A stretch of DNA of 64,000 nt from Eledone cirrhosa (GCA_964016885.1 OZ024751.1:22630001-22694000), one strand, 5' to 3'. Shown: positions 27,450 through 41,578, counted from the stretch's first letter. Translations and numbers: made by a program. The notes: a model not told the origin generated them from the letters alone.

Positions 27450-28145
27450 TTGTGTGTGTGTTGTGTGTATCTGTGTGCGTGTATAGATACTTTATGTATA
27501 TATGTGTATATGTGTGTGTGTGTATACATCATACATACATGCGTACATATAGAGATATATGTCTACACTATACATACACATACATGTCTATGTCTATATC
27601 TGTGTGTGGGTGTCTGTGCGCGCGCGCGTGTGTGTATGTGTGTGTATGTGTGTGTGTATGTGTGTATGCGTGTGTGTATGTATGTGTGTGTGTATGTATG
27701 TGTGTATGTGTGTGTGTGTGTATGTGTGTGATTGTGTGTGTGTATGTGTGTGTGTGTGTGTGTATGTGTGTGTATGTGTGTGTATGTGTTGTGTGTAAAT
27801 ATTTTACAAATGAAGAATTGTCATGAGATGTTGCTACATTCGTGCTTTAAAGCTATAAAGAAAAACAATAGTAAACATTCTATATTTAGAAGTGGATACT
27901 GGTTCATATACTCTGTCCATCAAAATGTTTCCTCAACCTCTGAGGCACACGCTAGACTGCCTTTATGTCGTAGCTTAGCCTGCTAGAAATGCCAACCAAA
28001 TCCCTCTGCCCCGTGTAACATATAACTTCAACCCGTTGGCTCCCTGGACACATTTCTCGTTCTGTCCTAGGATCAAAATATGATTTCATAATCGATTTTA
28101 ATATAAGCGTCGTAATAATTATATATTTTTTTATATTATATCATA

Positions 28146-28763
28146 CTCGCAGTGGTACCCGGCGTTGCACGGGATAAGGTATTTTGGAACGCGGGCCGCC
28201 GACAGTCCTAATCCTGGAAAAACTGCATGCCTGGACAATATGTAAAGAAAATAAATCGAATACTCTGATGGCTGGATAATCAAGGTTTTCCTCGATGAAG
28301 CAGAAAAATGCAGGTTTTCACCTAATGCGGGTCCTAGGGGATCAAGAAAATGAATTTTTTTATGTGCATAATATGCCTTGAAATTTCGGGAAAATTGGCT
28401 AGATGTAACGCCTCAAAAAAGCCCTAAAAAGCTGAAAAAAATGAAGTTGTTCCCCTAATGCGGGCCTTAGGCCATAAAAAAGTTGGATTTTCTTTGCTCA
28501 CGGTATGAAGAAGAGACTGACTAATACATAATTACAATTTCAAGGAAATCGGTCTGACGTAACGCCTCAAAAAACCACTAAAAAGCTGAACAAACGCTGT
28601 TTTTCACCTAATGAGGGCCCTAGGGAATCAAAAATGTGCATAACACTCCCTGAAACATACGTAATACACATGTAAAGTTTGAAAAAAATCGGTTGGGTAC
28701 TTCTCGAGTTTTAGGGATTCAAACTCACAGACAGACATCCTCAGTTTTATATATAGAGAGAGA
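28146..28763 (-). mobile_element. Non-autonomous Helitron-like element
   Basis: On the minus strand: 5' TC(TATATATAAAA)...TGTCTGTCTGT; 3' subterminal hairpin CCCGTGCAACGCCGGG then CGAG (CTAG-like); lies between A and T; three internal repeats of about 140 bp (cctaatg.ggg..ctagg). Confidence 0.75.
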
Positions 28764-29106
28764 TTAGAGTCAAGGAAGGATTACTTAGAGAGTATTCTTT
28801 ATCCATAATTTGCTGGTGGGTCGTTCAGTACCTAAGCTCCTACATGAAATACCATTGGGTCGTCTATAATGTAATGACTGGCCAGTCGGCCGCGTGCGAG
28901 TGATCGTGCTAAAACACTGCAAAGGGGAGAGACACATCAGTTAATGACTGAATAAAGACGGGATAGATATGGCTGAAAATGTCATTCATGATAAATCTGC
29001 TGCTCGACCACGGCTATTCTGGAACCAAACGACAACAAAACAACGCCCATAATAATTGCTTACATTAGCATAAAACCGCAAATGATGGGTGTGGTAAGGG
29101 CGAGAG

Positions 29107-29234
<128 letters not shown>

Positions 29235-29701
29235 TTTAATTCATTAGAATCAATTCATGACTACTACTTATTTTTGTCACGCTCACCGCCACCCTCTACG
29301 TCACAACTGCGGAGATATGAACTTAGAACATGAAAGGGACAAATGTAACTACCGAGATGAGCTTAATCCAAACCCCCTACAATATCAGCCACCACCTTCT
29401 GCATTCTACAAAATTCCCCCTTAATGATTGCAATAAAAAGTGAAAGACCACACCCAGTGGACTGCACGTATTGAATCTATTAGAAGACCTTTGTGTGATA
29501 ATTACACCTTTAAATTGACGTTTATGTGATTTTTATTTGGGAAATTGTCATGATTCTCTAATCATCCAGATATATTACGAAAGGGCTGTATCGTTCTCAT
29601 TTCTCTATAATGTCTCAACAAGTTAGGATCTTGGTCGTCAAAATGGCGCTACTGGGAATTCTATATATATATTTATTTATTTATCCGTATTCATTAACCT
29701 G

Positions 29702-29756
<55 letters not shown>

Positions 29757-29790
29757 AGAGAAAGAGAAGGGGCTGTTTGTGTGTATGCAC

Positions 29791-29864
<74 letters not shown>

Positions 29865-29869
29865 ACACA

Positions 29870-29900
<31 letters not shown>

Positions 29901-30261
29901 TTACCTATTTACCTATAAATACATATACTCGTGCACAGACACAAATACATGCGCACACATACAAACACATGCACACACACTCACACATACACACTTTCTG
30001 TGTTTTTTTTTTAATGTTATTTTATTTGTCGTTACGTGTGTAGTGTACGCGTTGTAAACAAGCGAGACATTGAAATCCTGACTGAAAGAGAATGGTGTAG
30101 GGTTATGTTCTCTACACATTAACACATTGAATAGAGAAGGCTATGGGGTGAGGCTTTGTCTGCGATTAAACATGTTTACCTATAGAACAGATATTATGCC
30201 TTTTTCTTCTATTCAATATCCTCTCCTTACTGTTATTTCTGGCTTTTATATCAAATAAGTG

Positions 30262-30852
30262 AATGTGGTGAAGGTGGTAGTGGTGATGATTGTGGTGCTG
30301 TTGTTGGTGGTGGTCGTGGTGATGGTGGTGGTGGTGGTGGTAGTGGTGGTGATTGTGGTGCTGTGGTGGTGGTTGTGAATGGGGTGATGGTTGTTGTTGA
30401 TGGTTGTGATTGTGGTGCTGTTGTTGGTGGTGGTCGTGGTGATGGTGGTGGTGGTGGTGGTGGTGGTGGTAGTGGTGGTGATTGTGGTGCTGTGGTGGTG
30501 GTTGTGAATGGGGTAATGGTTGTTGTTGGTGGTTGTGATTGTGGTGGTTGTGAGGTGGTGGTGGTGGTAGTGGTGGTGGTGGTGGTGGTGGTTGATGGTG
30601 GTGATGGTGGTGGTAGTGGTGGTGGTGCTGGTTGTGGTGTTGGTTGTAAGGGGTGGTGGTTGTGGTGGTGGTGGTTGTGAGGGGATAGTGGTGTTGGTTG
30701 TAAGGGGTGGTTGTGAGGGGGTGGTGGTAGTGGTGTTGGTTGTAAGGGGCGGTGGTAGTGGTGGTGGTTATGGGGGGGTAGTGGTGTTGGTTGTAAGGGG
30801 TGGTGGTAGTGAAGAGGTAGTGAATGTGGTTGGTGGTGATGGTGGTGGTGGT
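30262..30852. repeat. (GGT/TGT)n tract with a 120 bp internal duplication
   Basis: 30290-30400 is repeated at 30410-30530. Confidence 0.9.
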
Positions 30853-30959
30853 ATGTGTATGTATTACGTGTGTTGTGTTTTGTGTGCATGTGTGTGATTA
30901 TGTGAATGTTTCATGTATGTCTATACGCAGCGGTATGTGTGTTTTGAATGTATGTATTG

Positions 30960-30998
<39 letters not shown>

Positions 30999-31029
30999 TA
31001 TAGATATATATATAGAGAGATATATATAT

Positions 31030-31072
<43 letters not shown>

Positions 31073-31588
31073 CGCACAAAGACACATATATACACATATA
31101 TTCACACGCACACACTCACACACATGATATATACACAGACACACATGATATATACACACCATACATACTACTTACACATACGCACCCATGCATACACACA
31201 CATATATATATGTGTGTGCGTGTGTGTTCAAGCGTGTGTGTATGAGCGCCTACTTGCGAAGTAAGAACGTCCATCTGTCTGTTTATTATTGTAGTTGTTG
31301 TTGTTATTGTTATTGTTTCGTTTATGTTATTTTTTTAATATTACTTACTACACTTTTCCAAATATTATTATTTTATCCCTAATTCAGCAGAACCTTTATT
31401 ATTATCAAAGCCATTCCTGCAATGACCCTCCCATTTAATTCACATATCCTCTTTTTTTAATGATTTTGCAAGATGTACTTTTAATTTCTGAATGATTTTG
31501 CTGCTACTTCTAGCTAGTTAATAAACCAGTCACATACAGGCGCCATTTTTCACAGTTGTTATTATTGTGGTTATTGTGAGGCTGTTGG

Positions 31589-32085
31589 TGGTGGATTGGC
31601 AGTATCGGTAGAGCGTCGGTCATAATTTCTGGCATATAGTTATGTCCCTTTTCGCTCTGAGTTTAAATCCCGCCGAGATTAGCTTATGTATACCTAACGG
31701 GTAGACTATGCAGCATGGAGTTACGTCCCTTTACGTTCTCAGTTCAAATTCCGACGAGATTAGCGTTGCCTTTCATCCTTTTAAGAGGTGGATAAAATAA
31801 AGCTCCAGTAATGCACTGGGGTCGATTTAAATTACTTTCCCCTACCCCAAAATTGTTGGCCATGTGCCTTAATCAGAAATCATTTTTGTTGTTGTTGTTG
31901 GATTGGCAGTATCGGTAGAGGATCGGACGCCATGTTTTTTCAGCATAGAGTTACGGCCCTTTTATAATCTGAGTTCAAATCCCGCCGAGGTTAACTTAGC
32001 CTTTCATCCTTACTGGGGTCGATAAAATAAACTACCAGTAATACACTGGGGGTTATTGCTAGCCTTGTGCCAAAAGTAGAAATAA
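31589..32085 (+). mobile_element. Cluster of three head-to-tail family A SINE pieces
   Basis: B boxes near 31660, 31741 and 31971. Confidence 0.85.
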
Positions 32086-32665
32086 TTATTATTGTTGCTG
32101 TTGTTTCTGCCATTGTTGTCGTTGTTGTCGTTGTTGTTGTTGCTGCAAGAATCAACGTCACTTTAATACAAGAGAGTAATTCTTTCATTAAAAACGGAAT
32201 AAAATTGAGGAAGAGGAAGTAAGGTTTCTATTTTCTCTTTAAGGTTCTTTGGTTTACTTTGTGTGTGTGTGGGGGGGGGGGGGTGAGTGGGTGATTGGAA
32301 TGGGCATGGGGGGGGGTCTGAGCGTATTTCTGTGTTGGAGAGAGGGGCTCTGAATATTTCATGTGAATATGCATCTGTACGATTGGGGAAAGTGTGAGCG
32401 TGGTGGAGGGGCGTAATTCCGAGCACAAGTAAAACTGAGAAGGGAACTGTAAGAGGGTGACAGAGAGATGTGTGTGTGTGTGTGTGTGAGAGGGAGAGAG
32501 AGGGGGAGAGGGAGAGAGAGGGAGAGAGAGGGAGAGAGAGAGGGAGAAAGAGAGAGAGAGAGAGACTGACAGACAGAGAGTGTGCGTGTCAAACATATAC
32601 ATATGTATTGATTATATGTATATATATGTATATTTATGCGTGGGTGTGTATGTGTGTATACATAT

Positions 32666-32723
<58 letters not shown>

Positions 32724-32821
32724 CATAAATACATGTATATAGATATATAGACACTAGTATATCATGAGGCGTCCCTACGACTCCATGAGGAGTTAAATAT
32801 CCATAGATGAATAATTATCTA

Positions 32822-32893
<72 letters not shown>

Positions 32894-33056
32894 AGTGGAA
32901 GCTTAGTAAAATCGAAGCTTTGGCTGCGGCCAAGCAAAGTCGACCTACAATAAGGAATGAGTAGCAAAGCACTCAATAAGGGTAGGTCCTCAGAGTAATA
33001 ACATTACGTTTAGATAGCTTGACAAATTGAAAATTGCGGCAGGCCAAACCCAACCA

Positions 33057-33072
33057 TACAATACCATAACAA

Positions 33073-33164
<92 letters not shown>

Positions 33165-33174
33165 TTGTTTTGGT

Positions 33175-33180
<6 letters not shown>
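33057..33180. repeat. Palindrome with 22 bp arms around a (TA)n centre
   Basis: tacaataccataacaatgaata / tattcattgttttggtattgta (one mismatch). Confidence 0.85.
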
Positions 33181-33210
<30 letters not shown>

Positions 33211-33216
<6 letters not shown>

Positions 33217-33565
33217 TGTATATATAGTGTATTTTGCAATACACTGTATGCTTAATTAAAAGCATTTCGAAGACCTTATGCTATTGTTTTAGAGTAGTGA
33301 CAGTCTCACTTACTTTTAATTTTCAGCAAACAGGGGAGATAAAGCTGACAGAGCTATGTTTCGTACTGATTGGTACTTATCAAAGCCAAGTACTCCACCT
33401 GTTTGCTGAAAATCATGAGAATGTTTGATTCTTATAGAATTTCTAGTAATAATCAGGAACTGATTATACAGAGCGGATGCCGGTCAAGCAGAAATTGAAA
33501 ATTAGAATTGGCGTTCTGAAATAGCGATATATATATGAATGTATATATATACACTGTATGCTTAA

Positions 33566-33569
<4 letters not shown>
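33211..33569 (-). mobile_element. Retrozyme-like monomer (310 bp period, terminal direct repeat) in (TA)n
   Basis: atacactgtatgcttaattaa at 33239-33259 and 33549-33569; HHR-like fold inside. Confidence 0.65.
33319..33413 (-). ncRNA. Degenerate type I hammerhead within a long stem-I hairpin
   Basis: Minus strand: ggct-TTGATAA-GTAC(caatca)GTAC-GAAA-CA(tagctc)TG-TC-agct (33387-33343), enclosed by a perfect 16 bp stem; two core substitutions. Confidence 0.7.
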
Positions 33570-33641
<72 letters not shown>

Positions 33642-33747
33642 TATGTATACGTACATACATATATATATATAGACGTACAGTAGTATGTATATATATATAC
33701 ATACATGCACACATATATATATGTACGTATGGATTCACCGAACATTT

Positions 33748-33878
<131 letters not shown>

Positions 33879-34369
33879 TGTGTGTGTCTGTGTGTGTATA
33901 TGTGTGTGTCTGTGTATGTGTACAAAGAGAGAGAGACAGAGAGTAACAGAGTGACAGACTAATAGAAACAACAGTCAATGACTGAGGAAGAGGTTTATAG
34001 AGTAGGAAAGGAAAATAGAAAGTATAGGATTTATTATATATAAAGTACATCAGAACATTGACGTTATGTATATTTATGAGACATGTGGAGCAAAATGGAG
34101 GACCGAAGACTTAAAAACTCTCCCTGTCCAACGTTTACAATGTCTCGTAATGAATAATAAGAAAGTTCTATTTTTAGGGTTGTCAAGCTGCGTTCTTTGA
34201 ATAAAATCAATCAATGAAAAAAAAAAGGGGGGGTTGCACATTCCATCACTGAATTGCAGTGATAAAAAATGGCTGTGCTACTCATCACCGCAGTTTTCCA
34301 CAGTTAGTTGCAAAGGAAGAACACCGTTTGCACAGATGTAGTTGATAGGTTTCAGAAAGACAGGGATTT

Positions 34370-34820
34370 TAAATTTATATTATATTTATATATTTTATTT
34401 TACTATATTTATTCATAAAATTTGATTATATTTATTTATTTATATTTACTTATATTTATTCATATTATTATTTTTGCATTTATATTCTATATTTATTTAT
34501 ATTATTTTATTGTATTTATATTATTTTATATTTATTTATATTATTTTATTATATTCATTCATATTGTTTTACATTTATTTTATTTTATTATATTTATATT
34601 ATATTTTATTATATTTATATCTTATTTTATTGTATTTATTTATATTATATTATTATATTTATTTATTATATTTTCTTATATTTATTTATATTATTTTATT
34701 AAATTCATTTATATTATATTTTATTTATTACATTATTTTATGTATTTATATTATTTTATTTATTTATTATATTATTTTTTTTATTTATTCTATTATTTTA
34801 TATATTTATTTATTTTTCTT
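34370..34820. repeat. AT-rich low-complexity (TTA/TTTA) tract
   Basis: Direct inspection. Confidence 0.9.
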
Positions 34821-35029
34821 GTTGACAGAGAGCATTTTTATAGCTTTCATTATATTTTACACTGTCGTTTTTTTTTTCTAAAATCATCTTAAAATTTTAT
34901 TTCTTGTTATTGATTTCTGGCGAAGGGATTTAAAAGGGAATAAAATCAGGATTGGAGAAAGGGAAATATGCTTATGTAAGGTTCATTACTTTCTGCAAAT
35001 ATATGTAGATTTATATATTTTCGTGTGAT

Positions 35030-35123
<94 letters not shown>

Positions 35124-35134
35124 AAGAATATATA

Positions 35135-35203
<69 letters not shown>

Positions 35204-35269
35204 ATATATATATGTATGTATATATATATCACAAGAATACATACATATACATATATATATATATATATA

Positions 35270-35734
35270 CGCAAAAAGTAACGGAAACACCACAGTACAA
35301 TGAAGAAATGTATTAGTTTAACGCTTGGTATAGTAGAGTCTTTAAATTTCGGACGATAGTCTTTCATCAGAAGTCAGAATGAGAAATAAAATATGAAAAA
35401 GAAAGATAGAGATTAAGAAGAGGAAGGAACGGAAACATTGTTTTTCTTTTTTTAGAAAAAGCACGTGTGTATTCAGTCAGACAAATAGTGATGTCTCGCC
35501 AAAACAGAAGGATATACATAGGATATATATAGAGGTATAGGAATAGAGATTATATGATAACTCTGCCTTATTCATAATATAACAGATCTGGAATTTGGAA
35601 AAGCCTCTCTTGGTTGAACTCAACTAAGTTACGAGTCGTCAATGATTGTTAAATTCTCTTCTCGCCATCTCTCGCGTACTAAACACCTTTATAATACATT
35701 TGATAAAGATGGAACCGAGTAAAACTTGGTTCAG

Positions 35735-35805
<71 letters not shown>

Positions 35806-36050
35806 TAAATTTAGCGAGAATCGCATTTCGGCGGGTAGAAATTAGCGAAACGCAACTTCCATATTGTGCAGACAAGCGCTCCATGGATATGAAGAAGATG
35901 ATACCAGAGCTATAAACATAAGTTAAAATGGTCATACCCGCTGAGACGATGGTTAAGAAGCCATTAACTACAATAGCCAAAAAAGCGAACAAGCTAAACT
36001 GGTCATAGAAAATGAGATATGATTGAAATATATACAATTGTTTCTTTTGG
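35270..36050 (-). mobile_element. Possible internally deleted PLE relic: ORF N-terminus-like peptide, degenerate HHR and 3' tail
   Basis: MERLSAQYG...RRNAILAKF/(TA)n/NQVLLGSIFIKC...REMARREF; minus-strand CTGATGA-aa-GAC(tatc)GTCc-GAAA at 35370-35347. Confidence 0.4.
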
Positions 36051-36256
36051 TGTGGTTTATTTGCACACATTTGCAGCTTATCTAATCTATATCTCTTTCC
36101 ATCACTCCATTTTCTTACTATCTCTACATATATCTTCCTCCTTCTCTCTCCCTCTCTCTCTTCGATTTCCCCCTCTCTTTCTTGATATTTTAATCCCTTT
36201 CTCCCTCCTCCCCTCTTACTTGCTTTCTCTGTTGATATTTTAATCTCTTCCTCCAT

Positions 36257-36296
<40 letters not shown>

Positions 36297-36423
36297 ATGT
36301 AGGAGGTGAGTTTTATTGTAGTACAATAAAGCAATGCAGATATCGGATAAGAAGCACTCTACAGTTTGTGGGACTGGAGTATGCATAATATAAGATCAAA
36401 AGATGGTTAAAGGAGTTCCATAT

Positions 36424-36492
36424 ATTTTATTATGCGCATTTCAAAAACAAACATCATCAAACAATAATATTTGTGTTTTCATCAGATAAAAC
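36424..36492 (-). ncRNA. Minimal type I hammerhead ribozyme (left arm)
   Basis: Reverse complement of the 36601-36669 motif. Confidence 0.85.
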
Positions 36493-36600
36493 AGGAGAAC
36501 ATGATATGAAGGCTAAAAAACACTTGTGGATAGTGCAGTTTTAAATCAACATATCTGCACTATCCACAAGTGTTTTTTAGCCTTCATATCATGTTCTCCT

Positions 36601-36669
36601 GTTTTATCTGATGAAAACACAAATATTATTGTTTGATGATGTTTGTTTTTGAAATGCGCATAATAAAAT
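36601..36669 (+). ncRNA. Minimal type I hammerhead ribozyme (right arm)
   Basis: gttttat-CTGATGA-long AU/GU stem II-GAAA-T(GCGC)A-TA-ataaaat; palindromic stem III loop. Confidence 0.87.
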
Positions 36670-36700
36670 ACATGGAACTCCTTTAACCATCTTTTGATCT

Positions 36701-36746
<46 letters not shown>

Positions 36747-37308
36747 TAATCATCTCATCTCACTTCCCTTCTTGCCATCTCTCTTCTTCTCTTAATCTCA
36801 CTCCACCAATCGTTGTCTCGTTCCATATCTTAATCTCCATCTTCCACCATCTCTCTCCCTCACTATCTGTCTCTCTCACTCCCTCACTTTCTCCATCTAT
36901 CGTAATCTCTACTCCCTCTACCCCTCTCCCCCAGCTCACGGTCCCTATCTCTTTTCCAACACATTAGTCATCATCGTCCTACATGAAATTCCTAATGGTT
37001 GTTGATTTTGGTCGATAATTTCACAATTTCACAGACAACACTGGATACAGATGACCGATAAGTGACCCCTCCAATCATTATCACACCACCACCACCACCA
37101 CCACCACCACCACCAACACCAACACCACCACCACCACCACCAACACCACCACCACCACCACCAACACCACCACCAACAACAACAAAACAGGGGATACCAT
37201 CAAACCCTTCGATCACTTCACCCTCTCAATACTCATAGGTCCCACAAAAGTTCCCTTGCCAACAAAAACACGCCGAAAACTTCCAAGATAAAGACAGGCA
37301 CACGCAAC

Positions 37309-37351
<43 letters not shown>

Positions 37352-37518
37352 CATGCACACAAATAGACACATATACGAAACACACGTACGTACACGAACT
37401 ACGTGTACAATGGACGTTATTTCAACGATATTGTACGAGATTTAGAAAAAATCCTATTGTTTTGTATTTGGTCACTCTCTTCTCTTTCTTTTTATTTATA
37501 TATATAGAGATATGTATG

Positions 37519-37571
<53 letters not shown>

Positions 37572-37639
37572 GTACACATACATGCCCCAGCATTTCCTCA
37601 GCTTGTCTGCTGGTCTGCTGGAACACGTAATAGAATATC

Positions 37640-37749
<110 letters not shown>

Positions 37750-38027
37750 TGCAAAGAGAGAGACAGAGAGAGAGAGGGAGAGAGAGGGGGGGATGTTTCT
37801 CGTTAGTGGAGAACCCAGCCTTCCAATGAACCTATCACGTTCCGTTCTGTCCAAAATGTGTTTGATATTAAGATGTTCAAAACAAATCAAATATTTTGTT
37901 TAAAGATCTTCGTATTATTGTTGTTATTGTTGCTGGTATTCTTCTTGGTAGAACACACACATACGCGCACACACACACGCACACACACATATACGCGCAC
38001 GCACGCACACACACACATACGCGCACG

Positions 38028-38124
<97 letters not shown>

Positions 38125-38219
38125 ATATCTGTAAGTATGTATGTATGTGTGTCTGCTCGTAATTAAGATTAGTTTTCTGAAGAGAAATGAAAGAAAACCA
38201 CTGTTGAATAAGATGCTCA

Positions 38220-38303
<84 letters not shown>

Positions 38304-38741
38304 GAATGAATTATACTTATATGTATGGATGGATGCATGCATGTATGTATGTAAAAACGTATATATACGTGTGAGTGTATATGCAAATGTAAGCTGAAGC
38401 TATTAATACTGTCTAAGTGTGGTAATAAATTCACTTTAGAAGATTTGAGTGATGTTAGGGTGGGATTATTGGAATATATCTCCTCGGAGTTGGATATAAT
38501 GGCACTAAGAAAGGTTTTGAGATGGTAATAGTGGTGAGGTTTGTCAGGGGGGTCGGGTTGGGAGAGTGAGGGACGAAGACGAGAGGGTGGAGGTGGAGGT
38601 AGAGGTGGTGGTGGTGGTGGAGGTAGAGATGAGTAAGTAAGGGTGAAAGTGATTTAGATCAAGATAGACAGTTTGAGATACACACACACATACTGTATAT
38701 ATATACATACATAGATATAGATACACATACACACACACATT

Positions 38742-38772
<31 letters not shown>

Positions 38773-38937
38773 ATGTGTGTGTGTGTGTGTCTGTATGTGA
38801 GTAGGTGTGGGTATATATATATATATATATATATATATGGATGTATGTGTATATATGTCCTGGTTTATTAGGTACAACATACTCATATTCGAAGAAGGGC
38901 AAAACAAAATAACAAAATGTAAGAAATATATGAATGA

Positions 38938-39010
<73 letters not shown>

Positions 39011-39138
39011 AATCAATATTAACAACAATAACAGCATTAACAATAAGAAAATGTTAAGCCGAGAGTGAATATGAGTCATGAAGGCATGTTTTGATGCCTC
39101 GTAAAGATACACATATTGGCACATATACACACATACAT

Positions 39139-39187
<49 letters not shown>

Positions 39188-39332
39188 CGTGTGTGTAACA
39201 TTGTGTGTGAGTATGTGTGTGTGTGTGTCAGTCTGTGTGTCTTCACGATGCATCTATCTATCACTCTCAAGAGCGTGAAACTAATAAAACTTTGTTCGTA
39301 ACTGCCTCTCAGTTTTGTTCCCGTTCCATTTT

Positions 39333-39421
<89 letters not shown>

Positions 39422-39424
39422 AGG

Positions 39425-39472
<48 letters not shown>

Positions 39473-39604
39473 CATGTGTTTGGGTATTCAATTAGGGTCC
39501 AATTGAAAACATCACATTTAGCAGAACGAGTGAACATTTGTTCCGATACCTTAAATAATGGCTGCCATATATTTATGTAATATATATATATATTTATATT
39601 TATG

Positions 39605-39663
<59 letters not shown>

Positions 39664-39807
39664 GATTTTTTTATGTAATATAATGAATATATAGCCTATC
39701 ATAACTATATGGTGGGAGCATTTGTGTGTATATGTGAATATACGGTAGACTGTGTTATAATAATGGTATTGGTGAGGTGTATTTAAATATGATATACTGT
39801 ATATAAT

Positions 39808-39966
39808 ATTTGTTTCTACTTTAGGCACAAGGCCAGCAATTACCCAGTGCATTACTGGTACTTTATTTTATCGACCCCGTAAGGATGAAAGGCAAAGTAA
39901 ACCTCGGCGGGATTTGAACTCAGATCGTAAATGAACGTAACTATGCTGGAAAGCATGGCGTCCGAT
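39808..39966 (-). mobile_element. SINE family A, 5'-truncated, with a 13 bp target-site duplication
   Basis: tgtatataatatt at 39798-39810 and 39966-39978. Confidence 0.92.
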
Positions 39967-40135
39967 GTATATAATATTGTTATCAGTATATACCTATGGT
40001 TCACTGATAGTGTGGTAATGATGGAGATATTACGTATGATGAATATATTGTCTGCTCATGAAGTATATCGTGAATGGTGTATATATATCTATATATATAT
40101 TATATATATATATATATACACCATTCACGATATAT

Positions 40136-40344
40136 ATAGGAGAAAGTATGACCCCGACGGCAGAGCTCAAGCCGTTTCGACGGCTATTTCTGTCCGGCTA
40201 GACTCTGTCCAGAAATAGAAGTCGAAACCGCTTGAGCTCTGCCGACGAGGTCATACTTTTTCCCATCACCCACTCTACTACCCTAAGTATTGAGTACTCT
40301 GGTGCGTTATGGTCCATCTGGTTCCTTACCACAACTCTTTCGTT
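40136..40344 (+). mobile_element. Family P fold-back element
   Basis: Same arms and tail as other P copies, longer loop. Confidence 0.9.
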
Positions 40345-40368
40345 ATATATATATATACACACACACAC

Positions 40369-40461
<93 letters not shown>

Positions 40462-40489
40462 CACATAAACACACACACACACACACACA

Positions 40490-40526
<37 letters not shown>

Positions 40527-40531
<5 letters not shown>

Positions 40532-40703
40532 ATATTAATAAATGGAAACTATATTTATAAAACCATATTTATTTTATTATACATATTTCAAGGGCAACCA
40601 GGGCAAATTTTGGTGCGCTTTCATCAGATAAAATACAAATTTGTTTTATAAATATTGACATACCCACATAAAGACAACCTTAACGGTTGAGGTTCGCTGG
40701 ATA
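40527..40703 (-). mobile_element. Family Q element
   Basis: Homologous to 15040-15226. Confidence 0.85.
40570..40635 (-). ncRNA. Minimal type I hammerhead ribozyme (family Q)
   Basis: Minus strand: tattttat-CTGATGA-aagcgcacca...tggttgccctt-GAAA-T(atgt)A-TA-ataaaata. Confidence 0.8.
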
Positions 40704-40710
40704 TATATAT

Positions 40711-40910
40711 ATATTTAATATAGAAATGGCTTCTACAGGACTAGAACTGTTTCATTCGGAGGAAATCATCAGGAAAGCCCATGATGATTTCCTCCGAATG
40801 AAACAGTTCTAGTCCTGTAGAAGCCATTTCTATATTAAATATTTATACTCTGCTATGTATTGAGTACCTTACTTACTGTGGTTACCCCCGATTGAACCCG
40901 GGATAAACAT
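40711..40910 (+). mobile_element. Family R fold-back element: 61 bp perfect arms (40711-40771 / 40782-40842) with an HHR-like core
   Basis: (C)TGATGA-tttc(ctcc)gaat-GAAA-cagttc; tail contains tattgagtac; homologous to 54636-54704 and 61346-61557. Confidence 0.85.
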
Positions 40911-40926
40911 ATATATACATATATAC

Positions 40927-40957
<31 letters not shown>

Positions 40958-41039
40958 GCATTAGTTTACATGTAATATATAGATGCTGGTGTGATAATAA
41001 TAGTGTTATATAGAATATGTGGAAGATAGAATAATGATG

Positions 41040-41185
41040 GATCCTCCGTCGCTTTCGATGATGAGCATCGATTTACAGTTGTTCGATTTACTGAACGTCT
41101 AGCTCGAAGGGTGTTGTTTGATTATTCCACAATCACAGACACGTGTATCCTGAGCGTAAATCACAGACACGTGTATCCTGAGACA
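41040..41185 (-). mobile_element. SINE family B 3' fragment
   Basis: ccgtcg...acagacacgtgtatcc motif shared with 50670-51030 and 60860-61172. Confidence 0.6.
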
Positions 41186-41329
41186 GAAACCCTACATGGG
41201 TGTACAGTCCACCAGACGAACTTCCACACCGTTTCTAAACATCCGTGGTTCCCACGTTCGATCCCACGTGACACTTAACATAGCTTTGAGTCAACCTTCT
41301 TCTCTATCCACTCCCTTTTCTTCTCTCCT

Positions 41330-41546
41330 TTTCGTTGTCCTCGTCATCACCACCATCAACCTTCTCCTCCTCCGCCTCACCCTCCTACCCCATTCTCATC
41401 TATTCAGCCGCTTTTCTTCTTCTTTTCCTTGTCCTCGTCGTCATCGTAATCATCATTATCATCATCATCACCATCATCATCCTTCTGCTGCTGCTACCCC
41501 CCCCCCCCACTGCTTTTCGTTGTCCTCGTCATCACCATCATCATCA

Positions 41547-41578
<32 letters not shown>

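Larger units (their letters stand above)
36298..36708. mobile_element. Family T fold-back element: 154 bp arms (36385-36538 / 36555-36708), 16 bp spacer, in (TA)n
   Basis: Arms are reverse complements with one mismatch seen. Confidence 0.9.
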
